Source: Raillietiella orientalis (lineage: Eukaryota). Taken from it: DNA of 64,000 bases. The notes under the pieces were generated by a model. The model did not search any database, was not told the DNA's origin, and was given only the letters and a program-made list of their open reading frames with translations. Positions 34,656 through 48,800 of this stretch are shown here, piece by piece (the first letter of the stretch is position 1; every line of letters begins with the position of its first letter). The stretch covers positions 2,914,001 through 2,978,000 of the forward strand of contig JAYWIR010000020.1 of NCBI GenBank assembly GCA_036172245.1. The letters run 5' to 3'. The position numbers and the translations under genes were made by a program.

Positions 34656-37600
34656 TTCACAGGATGTCGCACGGTGAATGCCAGTTCAATGTCCTAAACG
34701 ATGCAGCTGTTGAAGTGCTTGACTCATGAATTCTTTGAATAACTGATTCCTGCATACTGCAGCCCTGTGTGCTCTCACCGATTTGGAAATGAAAGCCATA
34801 AGGTATGTCACTCCAATGGTTACAGGTCATTCAAGAACCATTTACCTTCAATATATAACACTCCAAGATAAGAGCAAGAGACCTCAGGATACGGAGTTTC
34901 CTGCCCTATCAACTACAATCCCTTTTAACAGTTTTGCTTTCGAGATGTGACTACCCTTTCCGTGTGCTACAGTAACACAAAACCTTTCAACCTCGGAAAA
35001 AACTAACCCTTGGTATATGACAACGTACTACCCACTGTGAGTGTTCTACGTGCTACATCATTTTTCAGTGTAGCTGCATGACTAGATGCCTCACCGCATG
35101 AACATGCTTAATTTACTTGTACTGTGTTTGTATCTCACCATGATCTACGTAGTCTATTGCAGTATTGCTCACCTGCCTTACTACTGTGAGCAGTGAAAAC
35201 AAAGAAAAGAAAAAAATAACCTCAAGCATTCAAGATGTATTCCTTCGCAAGCTGCTCAACACTGCATACCAACTATTTTTACTTAATACTAAGTTCAAAA
35301 CTTTGGTCACTCTAATATGAAACCTCAGCGATATCTAATGGACAAAAATACTTTATGCCCTAAAGGTGCATATATGAATAAGTCCTCTAAGAGTGCTATT
35401 CAAAGCATAAAGAAACACCAATACAAAAAGCAGCAATGAAGACACCGTTCCTGCTAATCTATGGTCACCTCAGCTTTATTCACAATTCTGGCTTACACTT
35501 GCAACAGTGAATCACCCCCAGTACCAAAAACATTTCGAAGGAAAAAGCAACGATACTTCGTGTTGCCGAACTTCACAACCATAGATCTTCCTAAAGTGCA
35601 GCCTCATATTCCTCCTTTTTAGATTCTCACTAGGAAACTCCGCAATCCACAGTCCTTCTATAAACACAGGAGTACTTATACAGTTATGAACACAGAAGGA
35701 ACTCCAACTCAACACTGAAACACACACCTATTCACTGTGACTGACAGAAGCAATCATGCCAATACGTATCCTTAATTACAGTGATTTGCACTGCAAAAAA
35801 GCTCCTTTAATGACTGAGTACGTCAAATAAAAATAAGATCGGGCATCATCCCTGGAAATAATCACATGTTCTTTCATTACTCTTCGAACAGCCGGATAAG
35901 CTCTCTAACTTCAAGGAGTTCTTCACACTCCACAGGCATTTTTGAAGCATTTCACTTTCTAGGCAAAATACCTCGACAGCATGTTCCGTAGATCGAAATA
36001 TGCCAAGAGGACAAAAAAGACCAAGAGCACAAGATACAACATGGACTAAGGGGAATAAAGACGCATTTTCGAATTAAGAACCCAAGCAATGCATTTTCTC
36101 ACATGCACCCACAAACCATTGGTACCTCAGAACACATGGTCGCTAATCTCGAAATTCACATGCAGGGACCCATAATGTTATTCTGGCCAAGGGTATCCAC
36201 AGTAAAGTCAACAGTCTGTTTCTAAAAACGTAATTCAAGTTACGTAACTCGGTTCGCACTAAGTAGCAGGCCACAGATGGAGAACTTGAAAGTCAGCAGA
36301 CTGAAACTGTGAACCTGGAGAAACATACGGGGAATATCGTGCACGACTAAGTTCCAGGAGGTATAAGATGCAAAAACAAATACTTTCAGCTCAACGAACA
36401 GGAAAACGAGTGCCTAAAACAATGCTTACCAAAAAAAAAAGATATCACAAAGATTCCACTCCGTCAACTGTTCAAGAAAATAATTTCCACTAAATACACC
36501 TGAACCAGTATCACTTAACTTGCATCTTGAATTTGAAACCATGTTTCACCTGGAAATTCTTCCACATAAAAACAACTTTAAGAAAACATGAAAACGATAT
36601 CAACTCAACAAAGATCCTTACTGATGCTGTTCCCAATTGCCCACTGAAATCTGCTTGCATAACACGCTCCCTAAAGAATCAAATGAAAATCCAATTTTTA
36701 CGCACATATCTACATGCCAACATGGCATTGCAAACATAATCAACAACACTGAAATTCCGACTGCATTTCTACTGAAAGCATTCTTGAAAGTTTCATGTGA
36801 GATGACATGATATTTACAGGAACTTGATTCGGATCAGAAAAAGTATTTTCAGTGTTGACTACATTGCAATATTTGCATTGTCTGCTTATCAAAAATGCCT
36901 AAAAATTTCCGATGTTGTCAAACCTCATGAATAATTTGAGCACACATATTTATGACCATGCATATTGAGCAAACATTTATTTATGCAGGTCTGTGCACAC
37001 CAACCCATGCAAGATTACCACCTGCAAGCATACAGGTATGCATTTCAGGAAAAAAGTAAATTGGTTCACCAAATTCACTTATCTTGATGCAACAAAATTC
37101 ACTGCTTTTTCTTGGGGATGGGAAAAGGAACTTATGAAACGAGTACATCAATTTAGCTTACCTGCACCACTTGAGATTGCATTCTACATTCTTAAGAGGA
37201 AATGGAAATGAAATCTTCATCGAATTTCTTTTTCAAATTACCAAATAACCAAACCATGCAAGCATCTCACATTGCATATCAACACAGTGGTCAGCAGAAT
37301 AGCCATCAATGCTGATTACATAGTACAGGATGATCACATCTGACTAGTGACACAGAGAACCTTGCTTGTCAAATGCCAATCCATTGCAATAATTGGTACT
37401 TGCAGGATTCAATGCATCGATTTTGTTCTATTCTCATATGGACACTATATCATATCAAGATTTATTCACAACCAGCATCTTCTCTCAAGTCAGCACAGCA
37501 ATTTCTACAGTTTTCTACTTTTCCCCACCACATATATATGTAGATCAAACAACTTTCCTGTATTCCATCTCTGATCTTTGAACTATGAAAACCCACCCCT

Positions 37601-40600
37601 ATAACAATGCTATCTTAAATATTTTCCTAATGGCAGCCACTTTTTTTTGTTTTGCTTTTTATCTTTCGAAAGTTTCTGGTTAATATTTATCACAATACAT
37701 ACTTCACCTACAGTGATACTATTCCACTGCACTGGGATGAAAAATGTTATCTGATGATGACAGAAAAAATTGTTACATCTTTCAGAAAACACCTGAAGAT
37801 GAACTCGATTGTCTGTGGAATGAAATCACATTTCTTATGTGCTGTGATACAAAACCAGTAATGGGAAATAAAGTAAAGAAAACACGAGCTTTCCAATAAT
37901 TATTAAATTTCATGGCGCTCAAAAAGCACCTAGTACAATCACCTAGTACATTCACTTTCAGTGAATAATGGGCCTTACAAAATTTGCATGCTTTTTTCTG
38001 TGGCAACAACACTTCTACCCCTCTGGGAAACGCTGGCAACATCCAGAACCGACAGACAGACAAATTTGCTCCGCCTTACTCCCAGTGATTGCAAATATGA
38101 TATATTCAGAACATTTCCACATAAATCAAGGGCAGTTCCTTTACACGTAAACCATGCATTATTTTACAATTAGCTGAAGTTTCACCGTACTTTCATAGTC
38201 AATCAGTGAAAGCACAAAACTCGTTCAAATGGTTTGGTTGGCATAAACAACACAAGCACAGCAACAAAATTGCACTTACCACACCCACACAAGGCGGTCG
38301 CTAACACAATGGAGAGTTACCACATTTTGGACGGGTGGATCACACGCACTTCCGTTACCACTTCATGCTAAAGCTTGCTCGTTTCATTTTTGCCTTTCTG
38401 ATCGTACTTTTTCTGCACATGTACACACTGAGTTTGAATCGAAACTATGGAAACGTGTCGGCATCTCCAAGCTTTCTTCAAAATTCTGAAACAGTGGAGA
38501 CAACGAACATGATTCCTACATTCGTTTGGAATTTGAAAACTAATGAAATGCAGCTCTTTCACTAATCACTTTCAGGTTTCAGTCAGCGATTCCCATTGTT
38601 TAATAACATTCTGCATTTCCATGTAATTGCAAATATACAACATTCGCAGCACATGCATTTCATTTAATTCCATGATGCTTCTCGTTTATATTTCAGAAAT
38701 TCTTCCTAAAATTCTTGCTTAGTTGAAGCAGTACATTTATACCCAGGTACCTTGTGAGTTTAGGATTCCGTCTAGAATGGGAAAGGAGAATTTTGTTTTA
38801 ATTTGTCTGTTGATTTTGATTTTCAGTGGTTTTTTGTACTCTTATACATTCATGGCGATGTAGGTTTAATTGCCGGCATGACAATTGGTATCTCTGTTCC
38901 TAATAGTTCCTTATTTTTGCTTCCGATCAAACATCAGCCGCTTTTTTTCACGCAGGCATGATGGGTGTGATATGCAACTCCTTGAGTTCCATGCTAGTTG
39001 TCAAAAACAATTTCGTAAGACTGTGCCGTGCTCAACAGAAGTTCAAAAGAAGAGCATTGCTTTTATGCTCTGGCTACTTCTCTGGACAGAAATCTGCCGT
39101 CTTTGGTGGCTATTCTGCACACTGTTTACACAGTAGACTTTTGCTTGTCCTACGCTGATCTGGTGAATTTTGCAAAGTGTCCTGAGTTACCAGATTTAGA
39201 ATGTAATTGTATGAGGCCTTTATTGATCCACTGGAAGCAAAATACTGTTATTTACTGTGACGCAGAAAATATGATGAACAGCTGGAACGTTGGAAAACGA
39301 GAATGAGAACATCTTTCATGAATCAAAAGCACGAAATTCTGAAAGGATGGTTAAATTTCACGATATGCCGTGGAGGGAAAGATATAAAGCCCGTAGGCTG
39401 ATTATTGTGTTCCATGTGAGTATAAATATGAAAAAGGAACGTATCGCTACATGGCTGGAAGCTGATGACCTGAAATATAAATTTGATATTGTTCATCCTT
39501 AATCTGCAATGTTTGATTCGTGGAGTAACATACATAAATTATAGTAAATACTTTCCTTGAATGTGTCGGTCTGCTCCAAATAGAAACACTGAGACAGAAG
39601 AACATGCACAATTGTGGAGCTTGCAAAAAGAAATGGACAGTACCTTCTCGCTCTTAAAGTTGTGCACTGGATGTACAAAGAAGCAATTTGGTAATTTCTT
39701 TCACTTAATAGATTCCTTCACTCCCTCTTATGTGAATATCACTTCAATGTCCTTGTTTTCGATTCATCTTCGAGAATTACAAGTTTCTGTAAACTCTTTT
39801 GCGATTTCGTGCAGCTACCAGTTTTGGATCTGCATTTCCATCTATGGACAGAAGTCACAAGAGGAGCATTTTTCTCTTGAACATCTGAAACTTTTGAGAG
39901 ATCAAGCTGATTGATGGAATACATGAGGCAATATTTAAAAAAAAAAGCTTGTCCAACCTCGAATGCTTTCATTGCTGAAACTGAATCCTACGCATTTTGT
40001 AGCTTTAAAACCTACCCATGTGGCACTTTCAGATCCCCACTTTGATTCTTCAAAAATTAAGTTTTTAGAGCAAATCGTCTTCAATGTCATCAGGTGTATA
40101 AGATGATTAGCTTCTTATGGCTTCGAGTACGCGAATATCCATTTCTGGATTCTCAATAAGGAAACTTATATACTGAGTCCTCAGTATCTGCAACGTTCTC
40201 AATTGGTATCATAGGAAAGCTATGCTTTCGAGACCGATAGCAGATTGGTGATGGAGATTTTTCTTCCTACGAGAAGTCTCATGACCGAGATGCGACCTCC
40301 AATTATAAAAGGTCATCCTTCATTCCTCTGGAGAGCCATCATAGCTGGCTGGCGACGGCTAAGAAAACGTCCATCAAAACAGGCTGTTGCACACATCTAT
40401 AGCCTTTTATCTGTAATATCAAGGCCACACAGTCGACTATGTTTCGCTTCAAAATCTGTCATTTCATGATATCATGGTACATGTCTTCCTCACAGATGTT
40501 ATCTCCAAAGAGTGCAATGCAGAGTGCGCGTTCTTGCAAGGTAAGTAATCCTTGGCAATCAATATGCAAACCACCGACTCTACTTCTGATTAGTCTCTGT

Positions 40601-41574
40601 TTTGATGCTAATGTTCAAGTGAAAGGAGATCCATCCATATACTTGTACGAGGGAGCATTTGTTACTGAACGACTTCCTTTTGAACCTCGGTTCCGTCAAC
40701 AAAAAATCTGAAGTCATGGCACTTCGACTACCAAATTTCAGCTTCGTTCCCTAAATAGAAGGTTTCACAAACCAACGTTGAATTTATTTCCAGCGAAAAT
40801 AATGAAGTCGGACCAGTGGGCTTAGATGTTTGCCATGTTTCTCATGAAAACTTCCTCCTCTTATACATGGACTTGGTATTTCATCTAACTTGAATTCTCA
40901 CGGTATCTGAATGGACGAAAAGAAATAAATCTGGCAATTTCAACATGTTCGAATGAACAGTTTACAGTGAATGGTGTTGTCAGTAGCGCCACATATGCCA
41001 CATGTGCCGACACATATGGTTCACTTGTTTTCGAATCTTAGAGGGTTTTTCAGTTGACTGGAATCTATGTGCGGAACTAATAAATTCATGAGGATATCTC
41101 GGGTTGGAACTGCAAAAATGCTTTCTTTTTTTGTGTAATTACGGAATGACGAACGCAACCGCAAAATGTGTGCTTGCTGATGATTATGCAATGTTATAGC
41201 CAGCGGGATTTAGTGAATTTGGACTTTACGAAAAGATAAAAAAGGGACATGGACGTTAAGAGAGTTCCGCTTACCGAGCGTAAAAAAGAGCGACACCTGG
41301 AATGCACATCATCTGAATGGAGGTAGTCAGGTTCATCGTTTCCCAATGGTGCGCTTATCATCAAGAGATAGGACGAGAATCAATTATTTTAATCGAGCGT
41401 CATCTTCTGAAGGTGTGTTTGTGCAAGGTTGTAACAGAAGCTCTCATGATGGTTCTATTTTACTCAGGTTTTTGCAAAAGAGCCATGAGAACCAAGCTCA
41501 GTAGTCATCCCGGATTGGCGTTTGGCGTTTCGTTTACCTGTGAACTTTAAAAGTGGGACCATGAATCAGATCTG

Positions 41575-44500
41575 ATGCAAGTGCTGGACACGATTCATTC
41601 GGAATATACCATGTGCAAAGCACACACAAACAGTTGGTATTGTCCAATCTGTGGTCAGTCGCTTCGGATACCAGTGATGCGTAGGAGATTGCAAGCATCC
41701 GGAGCTCTAGGTGCGTGCTCCAGAGTCCGCATGCAGCCGCACCACCTGGGCACCGGCTGCACTCAGATCACTCGATTTCTTGAGCGCCCCGCCTGCAAAT
41801 TAGGTAAATCTCTTGAAGAAGGACGAAGAAGGAGAGGCTCAGGGTACTGGCTACCGCTCTCCTTTCTTCGCCTTTGCAGTGTAGCACGTCGTAGCTCCAG
41901 CATTCTGTACACAGACGACAAGAGGAGGCGATCCTTGGCATCATGACTGGGGAACAAGCAACGGAGTTTCCGCTCTGACTGTCCTCATGCGGCATTTCTC
42001 GGGCAAGTGGAACACATTGCATTTCCCTGGCCCCATCGCACCCGCGTCCTGCCTCTCGTGTGAGGACACCACGCGGATTTCCTCAGACAAAATGGGAATC
42101 TCCATGTTCTCAGAAGCGATGGTGACCACTGAAGGTCTCGTGCCTTTCTGTTTGAGTTTTCGGCTGGCGCCTCCTCGGTGGAAAGCGCGAGCCCTTCCCC
42201 TGTAAGAACGGGCGACTTTCGTTGCTCTTCCTTTCGTTTTCAGGAATCCGCCGGATTGGAAGCAAATCGGAAAGTTTTCCGTCCATAAGTTTTCCAGACC
42301 ATTATCCGAGATCCCTCCCTTGGAAGAAGGAGACGATAGAGGGCTGTTTGTCAACTTGGAAGGACTTATAAGCCCTCTGATCAAAGATCAGATAGAAGAA
42401 AACACCGGAAAGGAGCAATTGCAGCCCGCTATCATTGATTACAAAGTATGGTGTGATTCTCCTCTCCCTAGACCATCCTCCTTTAGCCACAGTTGCTCAT
42501 GGAGAAACTACAAAAGGAACGAGTGAGACGGAAGCTATACAGAAGATATGAAAACCAAAAGGCAGAAAAGGAAAGTGGACATGGAGGACGAACTACGCCT
42601 CCTATAGAGGAGCGAAGCTATCTTCAGAGGATCCTGGAAGAAGGGAATCCTCGCTGGGAGGACTTTCTTGAGATATATCAAAAGGTGAAACTCAAAATCC
42701 AGGAGACACTTAACATAAAAACAGAGAGGGAAGGCGGAAAAAAACTAAGGATTGACCCTAACAACAGATCGTCAATTTAAAAGCTCTAATAACCGATTCT
42801 TCTCATTACACTTCATTCTACCTTCCATCATAGTAATCATTTCCATAATACACCTATTCTTTCTACACAAAACCCTTTCCTCAAACCCCCTAGGCACTAA
42901 AAGAAACCTAGACATACTACCTTTCCGACCATTTTTTATCATTAAAGACCTAACAAGCCTTCTACCACTTATTACACTCCTCCTATTTACATCCACCTTC
43001 TTCCCTTATATATTTATATCCGAAGAAAATTTCATAATCTCTAACCCTCTAATAACTAACGTTAATAGAAGAGGAGCAATTAGAGCGATTCTGGGCCAGC
43101 AGGACGCGACCTGTAAGCTGGAGACCGAGAAAGTTGAAAGGCATTTTGCAAAGGAACTTGAAATGAAGCAGGAAGCGAATAAGGAGCTTCCCAAGAAGAT
43201 AGTGCTAGGAAGTACCCAAGCAGCATCCCCCGTGGATCCATCTCCATTCACTAAGGAGGAGGTAGCTGCAATATTGCTCACTGCAGGGAATTCATCCCCC
43301 GGAGAGGATGTTATTATGTAAGCCAGGTGAAAGAGCATCGATCCAGAAGCTGAAATACTCAGCAATTTTTAATCTGCTAAGAAGTTTTCTGCGGATTCCG
43401 GAAGAGTGGAAATGTACCAGAACGGTACTCAAAGCGAAAAGCCCTGCAGCAGCAGAGGGCATCTCTAGCTGGAGGCCAATATCCATTGGCAATAGTGCCT
43501 ACAGGCTCTATGCCAAATGTTTGGCCTCCCGACTCAGAAGATGGATTCTGGAAAATGAAGTCATCGGCACTCAGCAGAAGGGATTTCTGCCCTTCGATAG
43601 AGTGCTGGAGCAAAACTTCAATCTGTAAGCAAGGTTAGATGCTACACGTCGTCTGTCGAAGGACTTCTGCGAGGTCTTCATCGACTTCGCGAACGTCTTC
43701 GGCACAGTTTCCCACGACATTATGATGGGAACACTGAAGAAAGCAGGTGCTGGAGATGGCATAAGAAATATTGTCACCGACATATATATAAGAAGTTCCA
43801 CCTCCTTTCAACTGGAAAATGCTGAAACCGGGACCTTCTCAGTACAGCGCGGAGTGAAGCAGGGATGTCCCTTAAGCTCACTCCTTTTTACCATATCGAT
43901 CGAACCGATTCTACGCTTGATGAGGCAAATCTACCGGGACGAGGCAACATTAGTCTATGCCGATGACATCGTCACACCGGGGAAGGAGGAAAAGAAAGTC
44001 CAGGAAATGATGGCACATTTCCAGAGGTTATTCGACCAGGCCGGCCTATCCATCAACCCGGCAAAATGCGCATCGATATACTACAGCGGCCGAACCCCTA
44101 AAGGTATGAGGGATGTGGACATCCAGGTTAAGGAATAGAAAATCATTTGTATTGCCTTATCACAGGCATACAAATACCTGGGAAAACCCTTTGGTATGAA
44201 GGTCTTCAACAGACAACCGTCTAAGGAGGACATCTGCCAGAAGGCGAGTGCCATACTTGAGAGTGAACTCTCAGGATGGCAGAAATTAGACGTCATGAAA
44301 ACCTTCTATCCCATCCTAGTTCACTACGAGAGGCTGGGAACTCACTGGAGGAAGGAATGGCAGTATGTCGACGAGCAAGTAAGGAAGAAGATTAAGAAGG
44401 CCCTTACCTTATCACCCTGGACAGCTAACGAGTATCTCTACGGAGAAAGAACGAAAGGCTGCCTAGGACTAATGAAGTTAGCTCAAGAGTTCGATACCAT

Positions 44501-45525
44501 CATCTTGGATAGCTGCTTTAAACTGCTAACGTCGGCACACAAAGCAGTAAGCAAAATTGCAAGAACAACTCTGGATGACATCGTGCAAACACGGATGCAA
44601 GAAGCTCCGACAAATGAAAATCTCTGGGAATTCATGACGGGCAAGAAGATCGCAAGGCCCGGTAGGGATGTTGAGAGCCTCTGGTCGAAAGCAAGGAAGG
44701 TTTCTAGACAAAGAAAGGCATGCTGGGAGTTTCGGCAACAAGAACCCAGTATCACGGTGGAAGGAATACTCTTCACCAGCAGCTCAAGAAGACGGCTCGC
44801 CTCCGACGTAAGAGCATTGCAGCGAGAGCATACATGGCAATGCCTTATTGAAAATCACGTTAGTCAAGGGAAGACCATGCAGTGTGTGAGCATGCATCAC
44901 TCTTCAAGCTTCTTCCAGACAAACGTAATCCACCTAAGATACCAAGACCACTGGTTCATCCATGCGGCAAGACTGAACCTTCTGCCACTAAACGCTGGAC
45001 CAACAAAGAAGGTTTCATGAAAGGATACGTTGGTGTTGTGGAACAGAGGACGAAACATTATCGTATGTGCTGAACAGATGCAAAAAGTACTCGCCTTTGA
45101 CGACGCAGAACCATGATGCTATCCTGTAAATCATCAAGGCCGCAATAGAGGAAGCCAAGTGGACTCTGGTATCAAGCAATCGCAGAGTGCCAGGAACCAC
45201 CTACACTCTAAAACAAGTCCTTGTTTCAGAGAAAAGCGATCGAATATGTGTGCTGGACATCTCCTGCCCATTTGAAAATGGAAAGGAGGCATTCACCACA
45301 TCTAGGAAAATAAAGGAAGCTAGATACCAGGATGCCGTCATGCAACTCGGAAACACTGGGCAAAGTGCAGGCGATCCATGTCAGCTCACTTGGAGCATGG
45401 GATACTGAAAACGACAACGTTCTACAATACATGGGAATTCCGAAAAAGAAGCTGATAAGGATACGTCAGCGGATGGTGGCCACCTGCATCCGCTTATAAA
45501 GCAGCATTTATGCAACGCATATAAG
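41575..45525 (+). mobile_element. Decayed R2-group (Utopia/NeSL-like) non-LTR retrotransposon: N-terminal zinc finger, RT, restriction-like endonuclease
   Basis: YCPICG, SSPGED, WRPISIGN, QQKGF, RGVKQGCPLS, YADDI, YKYLG, WQKLDVMKTF, NEYLYG, WFIHAARLNLLPLN, C-x-x-C...ETL...C and DISCPFEN...K...Y. Many stops and frameshifts; ends are approximate. Confidence 0.88.
42791..43056 (+). pseudogene. cytb: NUMT: mitochondrial cytochrome b fragment inserted in the retrotransposon
   Basis: NRFFSLHFILP...HLFFLHKTLSSNPLG...PFRPFFIIKD...EENFIISNPLIT is a clear cytochrome b signature, with abrupt A+C+T-rich composition. Confidence 0.95.
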
Positions 45526-47204
45526 AAGAAAAAATGCAGCCCAACCAGATGATCTGGACAATGCTCTCACCCCGGAAGAGAGCACCGAGGAACCGTGAAG
45601 AACACGGAGGAAACATCATTCGCGAAGGATTCACCAGAGCCATTCCAGCAATGGTGATTTTAATAACCCAAACGCTCAATGAAAGGAAGGTGGCCTGGTG
45701 TATAGAAGAAGAGTGCAGGGTTACTGCCCTGGGCCATAAACGCCTGCACCTCTGCGTTCGCTGGCGACATCTCTCCACAAGCATGGAGTGGAGGGGGAAA
45801 TTTCTCCTTGCTTCTCTTTGGAGCAATTGCAGGCTCCCTTCTGAGAAGCGGGCTGCTGCACTACTGGCGTGGTGGTAGGCGGATTTGCAGCCGGAGATGA
45901 CTTCCTATTTCGGCAAACCACATTAACCACAAGCACACTGAAACACTAGTATGCACCTTGAAGAGGTGCAACGCACCTTGTGAGTTAACGACCCTTCAGA
46001 AAGGCTGTTCGTCCATCACCGAATCAAAAGAACAAAGGTTCTTTTGAGGAGCACACCGATGTAAAATCACGTCTGCCTCCGCAAAAGGTATTTTTCTTCC
46101 GGGAAATTTGATTTAATTAAAAAAAATAAAACTACAGTGAACAAAGAGCATGGTTCCTTTTGATTCAAAAAAACAAGAAACAAATAGAAGTTCAGTTGGG
46201 AGGGCTCGTCAACTCGCAGGTCAGCTTCGGAAATTTTTTGGAGCATTGGTGGGGACCAGAGGAAATACAAATAAGAAAATTTACTGAAGGACAGTGGTTG
46301 GAGTCGCCGGGATTTCTGCGTCTTTTCTAAAACTACCCGAATATAATGGCGGGAACCCTGCTGTCTTCTATTTCAGATGGAGTCACCTGCAAGTCTTTCT
46401 CATCAAGGAAACAGCAATGCGAATGGCTTCTCGTTGGTGTTGCTATGGTTCGAGCTAGTAGATGCAACATATCTTCGCGTTCAAGGATGCATATCCTGTG
46501 ACTTTTGGGTGGAAGAGCGACTCAGCAGTTCAATCAGAGTATTCTGAGGATGGGAACACTGAAGCCAGGCGATCCCACAAGCGGCATAGGACGCCGCGGT
46601 TCATCAGCAGGTGAGCCATTGAGCCACTCGCCCTGAACCTGTTCGCAACGTGATGCATACGCTCGTTGCAAGGGTGGCCCCAGTGCAAGAGGGGCACCAC
46701 GTTTTATTGCCGCCTGAGAGGGGACACATTCAGCGTTTCAACCCACCGGCGAAGCCCACTGAGGTGAAGGGAAGTCCTTTCTCCTGGAATCAGGGCGTAA
46801 GCGTGTCTGCCGCCACTTTCGCGGTGCACTTGCCTAGGAGTTTCCCCGCCCCTTGGATGGTACAGAACTCCTGCCTCGCAGGTAGACACCTGCTATTGCT
46901 TTCCCACAGGGAAAACAGCGCTGCAGCCAAAGATGTGGCAGCTATGGGAGCCCACTTCGTTGGTTCTCGACAGACCTCTTCAGGGACGTCCTGAGGAATC
47001 TCTGGTGTCTGTTGTTGAACAACTGTGCTCAGCTATCTGCGGACTCCTGTCGCTACAGTCGGGTACTGGTACGTGGGTACCGAGATATGTGGGCCCGTAC
47101 AATGAGGGTTAACTTTACTGGGAACTAGTGAAGAGTGTTAGAGAAGGGAGGGAGAATAAGAAGTGAATAAATAGGGAGTAGGATAAACCGGCTTCATGAT
47201 GCAA

Positions 47205-47434
47205 TTTCTCATGTCGAGAAAGCTCAGGACCGCAGCGTTATTGGGGTGCCAACTTCCCAGCGACCCAATAACGAGCGCATCTCTTCTGACCGGGAAACCC
47301 TGTGATTCGTAGTCCTGCTTCATGAGTTGGTATTTGGTGATCTTCCTGGTCCTAGCAGCGTCGAGGGACTCCTTCCTGTTTTCATAAGGGATCGTTACAT
47401 TGGTGATGAGGGCACGCTGCCCATCGGAAGCCAA
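47205..47434 (-). mobile_element. Fragment of a second Utopia/NeSL-like element (restriction-like endonuclease domain)
   Basis: ALITNVTIPYENRKESLDAARTRKITKYQ...DALVIGSLGSWHPNN. Confidence 0.85.
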
Positions 47435-48776
47435 GTCTACTTCGTACGGAAACGAAAGGGAAATGCGTTCACTAGTATCGGGTCAGTTTGCCCATAATCT
47501 TTTGAAGGTCCCCTTGAACTGGTCTTCCTGAATCGAATCATTTTCTCTCCCTCCGCAAGTAGGCGATTGCGATTGCAAGTGGTTCTCAAAGATGTTCTCC
47601 GAACTTTTCCTTTACTTTCTCATTCACTGCTACTCGCACGGGACAGAGAATCGTTATCGATGAGGCAGCCGGTGAACCTGGGGGAGAAAACACTGTCTCA
47701 GCAGGTCTTCAGAGGCGACACTGTTGAACTGAATTGTTTTTGCGATGTCTTTTGCTCCCTGACTCAGCCTACCACGTGTCAACAGCACGTCTGAAGACAC
47801 GCGTTGGGCACTTTCCTCGCTGAGTCTCGATGACATTCCTCATTTCAGGGGATAACTTAGTGCACCAACAAGATGGAGGTCTGTTGGCAACAGAGGGCAG
47901 ATGGAGTTCACTAGGAAGTTCGGGATTTTGAAGTTTTTGCCGGAAATGCCGAGTAACTTCATCGATCTTTGCGGTTTTTTGGGCAGATCTTTTGGCATAG
48001 CTTCATTTGCTAGCCAAGACGTCTTCCATTGTTCGATAGCCTTGGTGATCCCGGAGATGCGGCAAAGCATCCTTTTTTCTTCTGATCCCAACGATAAAGC
48101 AGCAAATTCATGATGCTTTAAATGTCGCACTCTGAAATTTGGGAAGTAGGCTAACATCGTCTGGTATCCCTGCAGGGGAGAGTTTTCCCAGATGACTAAT
48201 GCAAGTTGTTATGGAGGATTTCACTTTCAACGTGCATCCCCGTTTCCAATGATTCCTGTAGTCAGGGATTCCTATTCAGTGGGTGGTAGGATGTCCACTC
48301 GTGTTCCTCCAGCAGCAACGCAATCGGACGAAGTGAGTGACCCCGAACCTTGCCCTGTCCAGCAGTTGCATGAGCAGATGCATGCCTTAGTTGCTGATGT
48401 GTAATATGCTTCGTATGAGACAGAACAAAATGGTGAAAACCATCTTGCATTCGAACTTTCCAGAAGCCCGGTTACCTTGCTACAGCCACGATAAGGCTTT
48501 TCTTTATAAAATGCGAAAGGTATGAGTCTACTGAGTTGGCGAACACTAAAGGATTCTTTTCCTATCATTCTCAAATCCTTAACGACGGTTAGCTAGTCTT
48601 AAATTCGACATAAAATTTCTGTATTTTTTTTCGTTGAAGTTCTCCTTTTGTGTTTCTCTTTTTTCTTTTTCTTTAGCTGAGGAGCATGACGTGCAGCCCA
48701 ATTCCTAAATAAGTTTTAGATATCTTCCTCTTGTATGAATGCATATATATATACATGTTTTGAAATTTGTTTTAGA

Positions 48777-48800
48777 AATAAATGCCCCGAAAATCTCGGA
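48777..48800 (+). repeat. Solo remnant of the LINE 3' terminal motif
   Basis: AATAAATGCC-CCGA-AAATC-TCGG, preceded by a T-rich tract resembling the LINE 3' UTRs. Confidence 0.5.

Noticed and set aside
33000..41500. Short ORFs in AT-rich DNA as host genes
   Set aside because: No recognisable domains and no consistent exon chain; tRNA and rRNA genes were also not recognised anywhere in the window.
41400..47500. U2 snRNA target sequence flanking the Utopia-like elements
   Set aside because: No U2-like sequence recognised at either end, so target specificity cannot be supported.
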